Source: Octopus sinensis
Lineage: Eukaryota
Reading direction: 5' to 3'
Length of the DNA stretch: 64,000 bases
Assembly (NCBI RefSeq): GCF_006345805.1
Contig: NC_043007.1
Location: forward strand, 60,016,001 to 60,080,000
The first letter of the stretch is position 1; the number at the start of each line of letters is the position of its first letter. The notes under the pieces were generated by a model. It saw only the letters and a list, made by a program, of their open reading frames with translations, was not told the DNA's origin and ran no database searches. The position numbers were made by a program, and so were the translations under genes. This document shows, in pieces, positions 40,060 to 52,819 of the stretch.

Positions 40060-40420
40060 GTCTAGTGCCTATATACTGATGTTTAAAGAGGTGTGAAGAG
40101 AGGTATCATCAACCTTGAACAGGATGTTGTTGGGACTAACAGCAAGTAAATAATCAATGAGAAGAAGAGTGAGTATGAAATATTGTGTGATGAATGTGTC
40201 AGTATGGAGTTGGCAGTAAATTGGGCGGAAAACATATTGGTTTTATCTGCAAAAGTGACACTTAGATGTCCAGTTTACAAATACAAACAGTTCAGATTAA
40301 ATTATTCAGCTTCTATCCCCACGGGGAGGTTGTGGGGAGACCCTGAAAGTCAAGAAAAGTTGTATCAACGAGTCAACATAATCGGTAGATGGAGGACTTC
40401 GAGTTCGGGTACGTTTGAGA
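40060..40420 (-). mobile_element. Old CR1/L2-like RT fragment
   Basis: TLLLIDYLLAVSPNNILFKVDDTSLHTS resembles the PTLFLxxINDLL...xADDxTLH region. Very decayed. Confidence 0.4.
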
Positions 40421-40499
40421 CAGCTGCTGGATTTAGAGATCATACAAGTTTATGCGTGAGAAATTTGTATCTCAAAGAGGAATAACATGTTTCACCTTA

Positions 40500-40960
40500 G
40501 CAGTTGATGGTGGGTAGGATCAAGGTTGAACCTACGTCCACCGATATTGGTTTCAAATTTTGACACGCGACCAGAAATGTCGAAGGAGAAGTTAAATCGA
40601 TTACCTTTTATCAACCCTGAAAGGTAGAAAGGAAAAGTCGACTTCGGCAGGATTTGAACTAAGAACATAAAGACGGCCGAAATATAACCAATCATTTTGC
40701 CCGGTGTGCTAACGATTTTGCCAGCACGCTGCCCTTTTAATAATCCTTCCTTATAGGCACAAGTTCTGAAATTTGGTGAGAAGAAGCTAGTCGATTATAT
40801 CGCTTCCAGTGCTCTCTATTGGTATTTATTTTATCGAGTCCTAAAGGGAAGAAACGCTAAGTCGACCTCCGAGGAATTTTAACTCAGAACGTAAAGATGT
40901 GCAAAATGCGACCAACCACTTCGCCCGGCGTGCTAATGATTCTGCAGGCTTGCCTACATC
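40500..40960 (-). mobile_element. Two head-to-tail SINE family A copies
   Basis: Cores at about 40630-40665 and 40855-40895. Confidence 0.75.
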
Positions 40961-41967
40961 TACAGATATTGATGTGAAAGAGGGTGATAAAACTCAGCAG
41001 TTTTATCTTTTACTTTAACGAAATATTTTAATAATTTGGAATATGCGATACGAGAGGAATAGGAAGCTATAATCCTTGGCTGATTTCCGTAATTGATATT
41101 CTAGCTAAAAGATAGTGTCCCGGCAGGCATCTTAGAATCCTGGAAGACGGGACACTAATCAGGACCTGGAGAAAAGGAGATATGGGTTAGGGATCCTGTC
41201 TGATAGTGCGTCTTTTGGAAACATACTAGTGTCCTCTTTAATTAGTGAACTCTTTTTAACCACTTAATCTTTAGAAGAGAGAATTAGTTTTATAATCCAG
41301 TTTGCACAAAGGTTAATAAAAGGTGCATCGCTTATGTATATCATGAAAACAGTCGGTTATAGATTTTAAAAGAATACGATCGACAAAAATTATCGAGAAC
41401 AATATTCAAATTTTATTGAACATTCTTCTACACCCGAACGTCTGGTTTTCCAATACCATTATCAAGTACAGAAAACAATGTGCTGGAGTGATTAGCATCC
41501 TAATCAACGTCGTTATTTAATTCGAAAGCAGTAAAAAGGAAAATGTTTATGGGCAATTATCACGAACCCTACAACCTTATTTTGTTGATTATAAATTTAC
41601 ATGCGTACCTAAAATGTATTTGGTTATACTACATCTAAACATTTGGTTATGCTACAAAATATTTAAATAAAATTCTCGAAAATTTCGAATTCTCAGACAA
41701 TAAAAAATATTATATAATTGTTGGCTTCAAATTTAATTTATCAACGTATCTGTGGTAACAAGTAAGATTTTTGTAAAGTTTAGCATGGAACTAGGAAGAG
41801 CTCTTCATTTCATTTTCTAATGGTAGTGCTCTGGTTCTTAGAACTATTTTCTTTCTTCATAAGAAAATATGAAAACACACACATGCAAACCGTATAGACA
41901 GACATGTATATACATACATACATACATACATACATACATGTGTGTATGCATGTGTGATGTGTGTGTG

Positions 41968-42012
<45 letters not shown>

Positions 42013-43414
42013 GTGTGTGATAACATCTGCAGGCCATTAAAACAGACCGAACTCATAACTAACTCTTCCTATCTTCCTTTCGTACTTTCATCACTGTTGC
42101 GTTGGTTTTATTAACTCTTCTTCTCTTTAATTTTTAATTATCCAACTTTCCTAATAGCTTTTGCGAATTAATTAAAATACGGAAAAATAAAAACTACTTA
42201 AAACCTCATGCTGTGTCATTCACAGAACAATTTTATTATTTCGGAAAAGCTTGGCGTTGTATGAAAAGAGCAGTTATTTTGCGAGAATTTTATATACGTC
42301 CTGTGAAGCTATGCAATATCTCATTGTTTTCGGCGTGGGGAGGGGGGTATTTTTCAGCTATGCATACAAATTTTTGTTCTCATATATTCTTAATAAGGCC
42401 AAATGCCATTTGGCAACATACGTTTATTTATTTGACATTTTCTTACGCGTTGGTTTCTTTAAACTTGCCACAAGGCATCAATTTAATAAGAGCATGTTAT
42501 AAATTATTATATATTTCATACATTTCCCAAAGGCAATATCTCTACAAGGGAAGTTCGATGGTTTCATGCAGGAATCGAAACAATACTTTTTAGTTGGCAC
42601 CTTGAGGAGCGTTAACATTATTTTGTTCTATGAATTGCCTCTACTTTAAGCAAACGTGGTTTTTCTTGTAGGCGAAGAATATAAACTGAAAAGGTATTAA
42701 GCCCAGAACAAAATTTGGATAGCGAGTAAGATTTGCAGGAAGATTACATTATGCGGTAGGCGATCGTATCGGCGTCTTCTTATGTATGTTGTGTTGAATA
42801 ACTTTCTTCTTCTTTTTCCCCTCTCCCTTCTCCTCTTCGGTGCTACTAGCGCCATTCATCCTTCTAGCTACATACTTCTAATATTGTTGATATCGTGATC
42901 AACACTTGAAGTGGGTTTTTTTGTTTGTTTTTAAAGACGAATTGATGTTTCTAACATTGCTTGCATATATGTTAACCCCGAGAATATCCCTCCCACTACC
43001 TCGAAGCTGTTATAATGTGAATCTTTGCCCACATGTATGTTGTCGGCACTGTGATCTCCTTGTCGCCACTATTATATTGTGGCGGTATTCCCCGTCTTAT
43101 TGTCCTTGACTCGTCTATCGTGCTATCGCTGGTAGCTCTGCAAGACAACTTTGAAACGTCTACTTTGATGGTAACTCGAACTCGTATATATCATGTAACT
43201 GACACTGATTCCAACTGAGAACTCGTAGAACGACCCTACTACTACTGACCTGTTTCTTTATTGCCCACAAAGGGCCAACAAAGCGGGGACAACACAAGCA
43301 TATGTGGGGACATATAACACAAAATTCAAATAAAATTATAAATATGATAATATGAATGAAAAATTCAATGAGAAAATGGAAATGTGCTGCTTGCCCCACC
43401 TCAAGCAGCATCAC

Positions 43415-44110
43415 TTACTTCCTTGGGAGTCCTTTTATCACATCAATACCATATTTCTCCAACAGTTCCTCACATTCTATATTGTCCGGTATTCGTTTAA
43501 TGTCTGCATTTATTTTTCACAACTTAACACCTTTTTTGTATTTTTTTACCTCCTCCACAATAACCATTAGATTCAGTCCTTTCTTCAAGGACATCGGCTC
43601 TTTGCAATGCCCACTTTGTACATACATTCTGCTACCGTCAACTTGTAACAATTTAAGCAGGGTATCAACGGTAACAATCTCACCATCCTCAAAATAGCTC
43701 TGAAGGTCCTTCTTCTGGACCAAACCTACAAAAAATCCCCACACATCATATACAATATGTAATTAGAGCCAAAATCCAGATCCAATGATACAGCAAGCCA
43801 ATAACTTTGTAAAACTCTACCCTGGTCTAATACGTCAGTCACTTTAACATCACCACGTGATCCTTGAGTGCATTTAGAAATTTATAAGCATTCAGACCAT
43901 ATATTGAGTTACTCCTTACCCAGATTTTCCCTTGAGACATTCATTTTCAGAAACTCAATCTGGTCCTTAGCTTCATCAAGGTCATGACAATGAGGAAACT
44001 TGGATATATTACGGACACTTTATTTAGTCGGACTAACGAAATATCTTCGGTGGAATGTTATTCCTACATGCAGCAACTATTTACGCAGAAATCGACTAGT
44101 TCACTTTCCA
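43415..44110 (-). pseudogene. Decayed ORF of about 225 codons, family unknown
   Basis: Non-repetitive, protein-like reading maintained across about five stops and one frameshift in a T run; purine-rich coding-like strand. Confidence 0.6.
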
Positions 44111-45387
44111 CTAATTACTGCAATAACATCAAGATTAGCAATTTTTGCACTGATTCCGAAACAGCATAGGGTTATAACAAACAGCCATCAACACCAATAT
44201 ATGTATAGAAAGGAAACTGCGTACTGAGAGATTACTCATTCCATTGTTATGCGCATGCTCTGCAGTGTAGTAGCCAATATGTCTACCAATAAAGAAAGCC
44301 AGTTAGAATCGAACCACCAAACTCTCGGTTCGGTGCTTGGCACACCAACGATCCAGCCATACATGCTCTCATGCTTCCGTTCTATTTTGAAGTTATGAAT
44401 GATAATGACCGGTTGAATAGAGGGGTGAAATATAGCAGCTATGCAGTTACTACGATTATTCATCCCCCGATCGAATGACAACTGAACTGAGTAGAGTTCG
44501 ACCCAGTGAGTCGATGTTTCTACAGCTTTGGCCTAGTCATCTTTATTGTTCTTTTGTATTGCACTAAGTAACAAACCAAACAAAAAGATTGCGGCCATGT
44601 TTGAGAAACAACACCCATTTGTTTAGCACATAAAAGAATATTTTTCTCTTTATGCTTGCTCATCTGACAGTTTTTAGCTATTACAATTTTATTGTATAAA
44701 TAATAAATTCAACTAGACAATTTGTCGGTTACGTAAATATACACACATGTCCACATTGATCTCTCTCACACACACATACATTTGCCTGAAAAGTTATACA
44801 TATCGACATATCTATACATATAATCGTACGTATGCAAACAAACCCATCCTACTACACTAACTACATACATACAAACACTAAGGTTTGTTGTAAAAACTGA
44901 TGTGTATATGTCTAAAAATAAATGTACAAGCATTTATGTATGAGAGTGTATAAGTTTAAACGTGTATACGTAAGCGTGTGCAGATGTATATGGGTGTAAA
45001 AGTAGTAAGTATAAAGATCAATCGATCGATAATGAACCCCTAGAGAGAAAAAATATAAAATGATATTGACTGAATTCGTCCTTCCCACTAAATGTATACA
45101 AATAGATTAGACCTTGCTACACCTCCATCATGACAGCTGATATGGTATGTAGCAGACGATCTCTGTATTGATAGATACATCGTTGATTTAAGCGGCGTTC
45201 TGTTAGCAGTGCGGAGCATGCACACACCAGCGGACGCAGTAATTGCTAAGTACGTGGTTTGCTTTCAATAGTTTATATTAGTGTTGCTTACTATTTGTTA
45301 TAAACCTATGCTGTTTCGGAATCATTACAAGAATCGCTAATCTTGACGTTATTGCAGTAATTTGTGGGAAAACAGAACAAGAGATCG

Positions 45388-45388
45388 A

Positions 45389-45446
<58 letters not shown>

Positions 45447-45611
45447 TGTGGTGGTGGTGGTGGTGGTGGTGGTGGTGGTGGTTTAGGTTACGGAAGCTGG
45501 TGATGATGACGGCGGCCGTGATGGTGGTGTTGGGGAGGGAGAGGGGTAGGTAGGGGTGATGATGACAGTTGTTGTAGAAGAAGAAGAAGAAGAAGAAGAA
45601 GAAGAAGAAGA
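45388..45611. repeat. (TAG)n-(TGG)n and (GAA)n microsatellites
   Basis: Directly visible. Confidence 0.95.
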
Positions 45612-45868
45612 AACAAACTGCTCAGGGTTAAGGCATTTATTAATCCTGTCACAAATTGAACTTACCCCAATTTTCTTCGTTAAAAGCCAGTTCCTACTTG
45701 AATACATACATAAATATAAATACACAAACATATATTCATATTTGTATATACAAGTATTTGTACATACATACATATATACACAAACACACACATATAAACA
45801 CACATGTGTGTGGTGGGGTTTATTATACTTATCTAATTGTAAAACAGAGAAAACATTAGCCAGTTTAG

Positions 45869-46069
45869 ATAGAAATTGGAAAATTGCCAGAAAATAAAAC
45901 AAGCCAAAAAAAAAAAACACGAGGGAAAAGAAAGCAACCACCTCCATATGATGAAGATGGATCTTATTGGTTGGTTTTGAGAACATTGCAGAAAGTGAAG
46001 GAAGCAGAGCAAGAAGTGACACCCATATGGAACAATCCTAAATACCAGCGACTAATTGACCGGGACTAA
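45869..46069 (+). CDS. Candidate terminal coding exon, product unknown
   Basis: TTTAG acceptor at 45864-45868 followed by IEIGKLPENKTSQKKKTRGKRKQPPPYDEDGSYWLVLRTLQKVKEAEQEVTPIWNNPKYQRLIDRD*. Upstream exons not found. Confidence 0.4.
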   Translation: MEIGKLPENKTSQKKKTRGKRKQPPPYDEDGSYWLVLRTLQKVKEAEQEVTPIWNNPKYQRLIDRD

Positions 46070-46324
46070 ACTGACGAACACTGATTCGGCTTTTTCCCAA
46101 AAGCTGATTCCTCTAGTTATTAACTATTGTATTCGACTGAGTAGAAAATTTCTTAATGACTTTTATCAGAGATACATCTGCCACAAAATATCTTCATAAA
46201 TGTCCCTGAGGAGATATTTTAGAAAAAAGCTACTTGTTCTTCAGTTTATGTTTGAAACAAATTATAGTAGTATAACATACAAAGGACGTTGTAATCATAC
46301 AATGAGTGGGTTGCTTTCAATAGA

Positions 46325-46715
46325 CTTACCCTTTTGCTCTTTTATTTGTTTCAGTCATGTGACTGTGGCCATGCTGGAGCACCGCCTTTGGTCGAACAAA
46401 TCGACCCCAGGACTTATTCTTTGTAAGCTTAGTACTTATTCTATCGGTCTCTTTTGCCGAATCGCTAAGTTACGGGGACGTAAACACACCAATATCGGTT
46501 GTCAAGCGATGTTGGGGGGACAAATACAGAACGCAAACATATTCACACACATACATATATACGACGGGCTTCTTTCGGTTTCCGTCTAGCAAATCCACTC
46601 ACAAGGCTTTGGTCGGCCCGAGGCTATAGTAGAAGACACTTGCCCGAGGTGCCACACAGTGGGACTGAACCCTGAACCATGTGGTTCGTTAGCAAGCTAC
46701 TTATCACACAGCCTC
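46325..46715 (-). mobile_element. SINE family B, full length
   Basis: Collinear with 8570-8965. Confidence 0.88.
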
Positions 46716-47229
46716 TCCTACGCCTATACTTGTTGCATTTTTTCTTTATTGAAAATACCAATAATTTGATAGAATTTTCTGATACAGTTGGGCTAGCATT
46801 ATGTTGATAAAAGAGGTGCGTACCATTGTCCATTTAGATGTAGAGAGCTGCGTTTGCATGCTACATCTGTGTTGCCCAGCTGTGGGGTTCGCTATGTTGC
46901 TTCGAATGCTACGTTAGTTTTCTGTGTGACAGGATATGTTATGTTATCTTACTGGACGATAACTGAGTTGTGTGCTGTACAAAAAGTGACTTGTGCAAAC
47001 AGTTTATTGTGAATGCAACTGCGTCTTGCGGAGTATGTGGGATGGGCCTAGCAGAGCTACTTTTGAATCCGAGTATAGCTTCTATGGGGTGGGAGCTGAC
47101 AGGTTGTTTATCATATTTAATACTCTGTTTATTATTTGTACTGTATTTACTTTCACGCACAACATCCTGCATATTTTATATTTCCATTTTAGGACCTACT
47201 CATTCCGATCATTTTTCGACTTCTTTCCA

Positions 47230-47520
47230 GGTGATATTTTGGTTTGAAGAGTCCAGAGATTCTATTTCCAGTCTTCGAAGATTCACTTTCAATTCACTTT
47301 CATTTCTTAGTGTTTTGGGGAGTGCAGGGTGGTATTTATAAATTACATCTACATTTCTTTCTTGTTCCAGATATTACTTTCATTTTTCGTCTATTTGTTA
47401 TAAGAAATATGTTCAGCGAATCTTTTATGTTTGTTGGCTAGTGTTTTGTAAGTATTGCATTTGTAAACCCACAATTGGTGTTTGGCATCTCGAGTGTTGC
47501 CTGTTATTTGCAATTCCTTA
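47230..47520 (-). mobile_element. Possible Penelope-like GIY-YIG endonuclease remnant
   Basis: Frameshifted C.TP..G.QMQY..NTSQQ / KRFAEH resembles the QYxGxTxQxxxxRFxEH motif. Confidence 0.35.
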
Positions 47521-48500
47521 ACAGATGGCAAATACGTTCAGTGAAATGTTACCCTTACATTCAATACAGAATTATGATGGATATGAGCTCGGAAATTCCT
47601 TGGGCGTATTTGATGCACACAGCACAATTTTCTGTAAACTCTTGATTAAGAATAATTCGCGAAGATCCTTGACTATGGACTGCTACCGGAGTGAAGGGAT
47701 AACTGCCGCTTCTAGATGAGCTCACAAGCGCGACAGTAGGAACTGTTATTGATGTACAGAAAATGACGAAATCGTTTGCCATGAACTAGCTCAATTTCTG
47801 TCTATGGACTCACAACAGAGAGAAACACTAGCTTTAGTGTTAAAAAGCAGTTTTGATTTCTGTGGCCCATTGGCTTATTATTTTACTCTGAGTGTGAAAT
47901 AGTGATCACCTTATGAAATAGTGACATCACCCTCCACACCTATATCTTTTGGGATTGTATATAAAATAGTGGCCTTAAAGTATGGGTTTTGTGACTGCAT
48001 ATAAAATGGTGACTCCCAGTATGGCTTAGAAAGTGTGCGCAAAACTACGATCCTTATATAGATTTATCCTCCCTGTGTATATAAAATGGTGAACCCTGGT
48101 GTAATTTTAAAGATTTTGCCTTTGTTCTTTTTTTTCTTTCTCTTCTGTTAGGATGTGGTAGTTCACTGCTGGACAGAACCATCCTCATGCTCTCTTTCTG
48201 TCCGTTGTTATTCTGCTCTTAGCCAGTCTTGTACCTTCCTTCATCGCCTTCAAATATTCTTCGACAACGACCTCCCTCCCCCCCCACACACACCTCCTTT
48301 TTTTTTTGCTTCTTTTCCTCAATCTCTCTCATGAATCCATTCCATGGTTTTCATTACCCATCTACTGTTCTCTGCCCTGACTCAAGGACGTGCTTACCTC
48401 CATTTTATTTTTATTTCATGAAGTGTATCTCTAACTGCTATCTTCCTTCATATCTCTGCACATTTCATTCTATCTTCAACATAATATTCAACATTCTTAA

Positions 48501-49110
48501 GACGGCGAGCTGGTAGAAACGTTAGCACGCCGGGCGAAATGCTTAGTGGTATTTCGGCTGCGGTTACGTTCTGAGTTCAAATTCCGCCGAGGTCGACTTT
48601 GCCTTTCATCCTTTCGTGATCGATTAAATAAGTACCAGTTACGCACTGGGTCGATATAATCGACTTAATCCATTTGTCTGTCCTTGTTTGTCCTCTCTGT
48701 GTTTAGCCCCTTGTGTGTAGTAAAGAAATAGGTATTTCATCTGTCTTTACGTTCTGAATTCAAATTCCGCCGAGGTCGACTTTGCCTTTCATTCTTTCGG
48801 AGTCGATAAATTAAGTACTAGTTGCGTACTGAGGTTGATTTAATCGACTTGCAGCCTCCTCAAATAGTTCAGGTCTTGTGTCTAGGAGTAGAAAATAATA
48901 TTCAACATTCCTGAGACGGCGATCTGGTGGAATCTTTAGCATGCCGGGCAAAATACTTAATGACATTTCGTCTGTCTCTGAGTTCAAATTCCGCCGAGGT
49001 TGATTTTGCCTTTCATCCTTTTGGAGGTCGATAAAATAAGTACCAGTTGAGCTCTGGGGTCTATGTGATTGACTTAACTCCTCTCCTCAAATTGCCAAAC
49101 TTTGAAATCA
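48501..49110 (+). mobile_element. Head-to-tail array of three SINE family A copies
   Basis: Copies at 48501-48730 (A-box-like 48511-48525, B-box GTTCAAATTCC 48575-48585), 48731-48895 and 48915-49110. Confidence 0.92.
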
Positions 49111-50734
49111 ATATTCAACGTTCTTCTTTCCAAGGTGCACTGCATTGTTCTGGATATCTTCGTCTTCAGCTAACCTTCCACAGCTCTTTTTGTCTCTTAT
49201 TTTACAAAATTGTTTAACTTACTGACCCAATATTTTGCATATTTCCATTTAGACGCCCTTCCGGCTAATATATTTTCATCGGAAAAACTCAAAATGTCAG
49301 TCGCATGGCAAATTTTTTTCCGCTTTTTATTTGATTATGATACCCGATCACTAGAATTTGATATCCTTGTTTGTTTGGACGTGCATATTCCACAGCGTAT
49401 CATTTATTTTCAGTTGTTTAAAAAATTTAGCTACTTTGGCCTATCGTGTTTGTAAATATATTTGGTCTTTGAAGGACTGAACTGCCGGAAACGAGATGAT
49501 TGATGGCTAGTGTTGATTTGTGTTAATAGCGTAGCCTGCACTTGATATTGGTTTCAGGGACTGGGTGCAAATCGATAAATGGTTCTTATTTTTCGACCCC
49601 GAAAGGATGAAAAGGAAAAATCGACCCCGACAGTATTTGAACTCGAAACGATAACTCGGAAGAAATGCCGCAAACTATTTTTTCCGGCGCGGTAATGTTT
49701 CTGCTAGCTCGCCACCTTATCCTACACTTGATATTAATCTTTTGTTTAATTACTTAAGCTGATATATATTTTTTCTGCGGTTAAGCATTGATCTTGTACT
49801 GGTTAAATTTGGCCTTCCGTTATTTGCCTTTAGTTTAAAGCTTTTTCAACCGTTATTAGTTTTATTTTTATTGACTCACACTTTCTCTAACCATGGCATT
49901 TTATGACTCTATTTTATTTTTAGATTTTTATGAGTTCTGCTTTGGTTTTTATCGTTTATTTTTCTTAATCTTCTTTTATAGTTTTCTTCCCTTTTTTTTT
50001 AATTTGTGTACTTAGCCTCTAGTTGGCACTTTATTTTTTCTTGTTATATTTATATATAAAAAAGATAAAATAATGTTTGCGTTCTTGTCATATTCTCTTA
50101 TTCTGCAAATTGTTTAACTTTGCTGGCTTCTAAGTTTTATTCTAAACTCCGTGTCGATACTCCATAATTATTTTTGTCTATTCCGATGGGATCGGGTGTG
50201 TAGTGCACGCGCGCATGGTAGGTGTATGTGTTGTCTATGTAATCTTTGTGATGGTGAACCCAAAATGTAGTGAGTAGTTTTCTGGTTTTACACTTCATTT
50301 AACTCCCAATTTATTATATTGAAGCGGTAAATTATGACTTGGAAGCCTAATGTATTTATATCAATGATCTATTTCTGTCAACGAGATCGGTTTTTTTCTC
50401 TCTTTTTCCAGTTAGTCATCTGATTTTTCTACCCTACTCTAGTCTATTTTTCTCTTAAATTTTTCTATGCTCTGTCTTATCATTTTCATTTATTCTCAAG
50501 TATTTTCATGAGTGGTTGTGCTCTAATTCTTTGATTTCAACTTCTAAAACTAAATTACTATAATTGATAATTCTAAATATAAATATTATTCAGTTTTAAT
50601 ATATCTACCTTTTTATAGGGTAGCTTTACGATTTATCTCACTGTTTACTTGTTTTGATATCACTGCTGAGTGGAAGATTCTAGTTAGATGTCTTTTCTTG
50701 TGTAGTTTAAAATCATTCATAGTATTTGAAACAG

Positions 50735-51310
50735 CGCTGAATTGGCAGAATTATCAGAGCGGAAGGTAAAAAAAATAATCCATTGTGACATTCATTTCTG
50801 TTATTTACGTTCTAAGTTCGAATTCCGACAAGGTTGGATTTGCATTTCCCTCTCTCCAAGATCGATAAAATTGACTACAGGTCCAAGAACTGAGGTCGAT
50901 GGTGACGACTATTCCCACCCACTAAATTCCTGGCCTTGTACCTATTATATATTAGAAACAGCGAGAATATAATGGATTGTCAGAATCATTAGAGCGTCGA
51001 AAAAAATACTTTGTTGCATTTGTTCCGGTTTTGACACTATGAGTTCGAATCCTGCCGAGGTTGACTTTGTTTTTTCCGTTCCTTCGGACTCGGTAAAATA
51101 AAGTACTAGTTAAGTATTGAGATCTATGCAATCGACTAACATCCATCCTTTAAAATTACTTGCCTTGTACCTGAATTAGAAACCCTTATTTTAGGCGGGA
51201 GGGTTTGCAGGATTGTGAGAGTCAGAAGAAATACATTTCGTTAGTCCGCTCGGTGATTTACATTCTGAGTACAAACCTTGTCGAGGTCAAATTTGCCTCT
51301 CATCCCTCTG
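50735..51310 (+). mobile_element. Head-to-tail array of three older SINE family A copies
   Basis: Degenerate heads near 50735, 50970 and 51195, each with a GTTCGAAT or GAGGT(C/T)GA core. Confidence 0.75.
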
Positions 51311-51314
51311 GAAG

Positions 51315-52560
51315 TATCGTTCAGGATCCAAGTCAGCATACGTTGACGATTTCACCGTCATCGTGTCGGACAGCGTACACAAATTGTGATCAGCGTTGCT
51401 CTAAGAAACTACGAAGGGGTGACAGGAGTAAAAATCAAACAGCAAACGTCAGTGGGCTAGCCGCTCGAGAGGCAAGTCCATATTGTCCAAAAGCGTCGTG
51501 GTGCGCTGGTCAGACGAAGCGGTTAAACTGCTCGGGGTCTCGTTTAATTTAGATTTCCAAGTGAAGAAGAATTGGGACGAGGTAACAGAAATGGTCCGAA
51601 AGAAAGCTATCACTGAAAAGTCGGACATAAGTGGTAAATAATTATATCACATCCACCTAACCGTCCAGTTCGCGCCCGACCAAACAGGTACTCCTACTCT
51701 TTCACTTTCTGTGTAAGGATCGCATTCTAATATTCAGGTGCTTCATTAATTGTCAACATCCGCTGATGATGTAACATCTCCAGCAATTCCTAGACAGTAA
51801 ACATGTGTGTTCGTCGTTTGTCGGTCGGGTTTTCCACAGCTCGTCTCCTGTATAAAGCTGCAGGCCTGGGTCGCTTGGCATCTTAAACTCGTTAAGCGCT
51901 CACAACCCTTTACCAGTTGGACAATGCGGTCAACGAAAGTTTCTCATTGGCGTCTATAAGAAATTAGTGGCGGTAAAGAGCGACACCATTCTCGAAGAGA
52001 CTATGGGCGTCGATGAAAAACATATGGTTGGTCTGTTTCGGAGGACATTCGAATCGAGGCCTGCAACTAATTACCAAAGTTTCTCGCCTTGCAATACAGC
52101 CGGCGGGGTAGAGGTGTACTTGCCGGTTCGGTATAAGCTCTACGGACACGTTAGGGTCGTTAGCCGGGCCTGTTCCGATACGGCGAAACTATTTTACACA
52201 CACTCCTCCAATATCAGAGGATTGCTGACAAGTGGAGTTAGGTCGAACAGCTACTGTCACTTGTCCATTGTGAAATCGTCCACTATGAAATCACCCCGCT
52301 GCCTTCCTTTTGCCGGGAAGGACAGGTAGTCTTAATCTGCCTGATGGTTTTAGCAAAAGTGATTGAATGGTGGATCAGTTTGAAAAGGTTGAAGGCAGGT
52401 ACCGCCCATTTTAGCCAAACCTGATCAACTTTTTCAAGTTTCACTTGAAAAGGAAAATAAGAGTGAAGAGAGAAGTGCTGCCTTCCAGTAAATTTATTGC
52501 AAAGTGGATGAGAGTGGCGGGCATGGTCCAAGTGAACATTGTTTAGAATTTGTTTCCTTG
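51315..52560 (+). mobile_element. L1/Tx1-like LINE ORF2, 3' fragment (RT motif to C-terminus), decayed
   Basis: AYVDDFTVIVSD, VKLLGVSFNLDFQVKKNWDEV, LPVRYKLY.H.RVVSRAC (zf-RVT-like); GC-rich relative to flanks. Confidence 0.85.
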
Positions 52561-52819
52561 GAACTGTTATTCACCTTTTTTATACTCTCTTTCATGTAAA
52601 TCCTACATTGTATCGTCCTGTGATGCATCCAGTATCTTTGAAAGCCCTTAGTAATTAATAAATACCTTCTTCCTTTTTTCTTCTTCTTCTTCTTCTTCTT
52701 CTTCTTCTTCTTCTTCTTCTTCTTTCTTCTTCTTCTTCTTCTTCTCTTCTTCTTCTTCTTCTCTTCTTCTTCTTTTTCTCCTTCTTCTTCTTCTTCTTTT
52801 CTTCATATATATATATATA

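Noticed and set aside
46070-46155. CTGACGA...GAAAATTTC as a hammerhead
   Set aside because: Stems I and II do not pair convincingly.
48501-48590. tRNA gene
   Set aside because: A-box and B-box-like motifs are present but there is no cloverleaf. This is the head of a multicopy SINE.
48501-49110. CRISPR-like repeat-spacer appearance of recurring GAGGTCGACTTTGCC cores
   Set aside because: The intervening sequence is homologous SINE body, not unique spacers; eukaryotic context with no cas genes.
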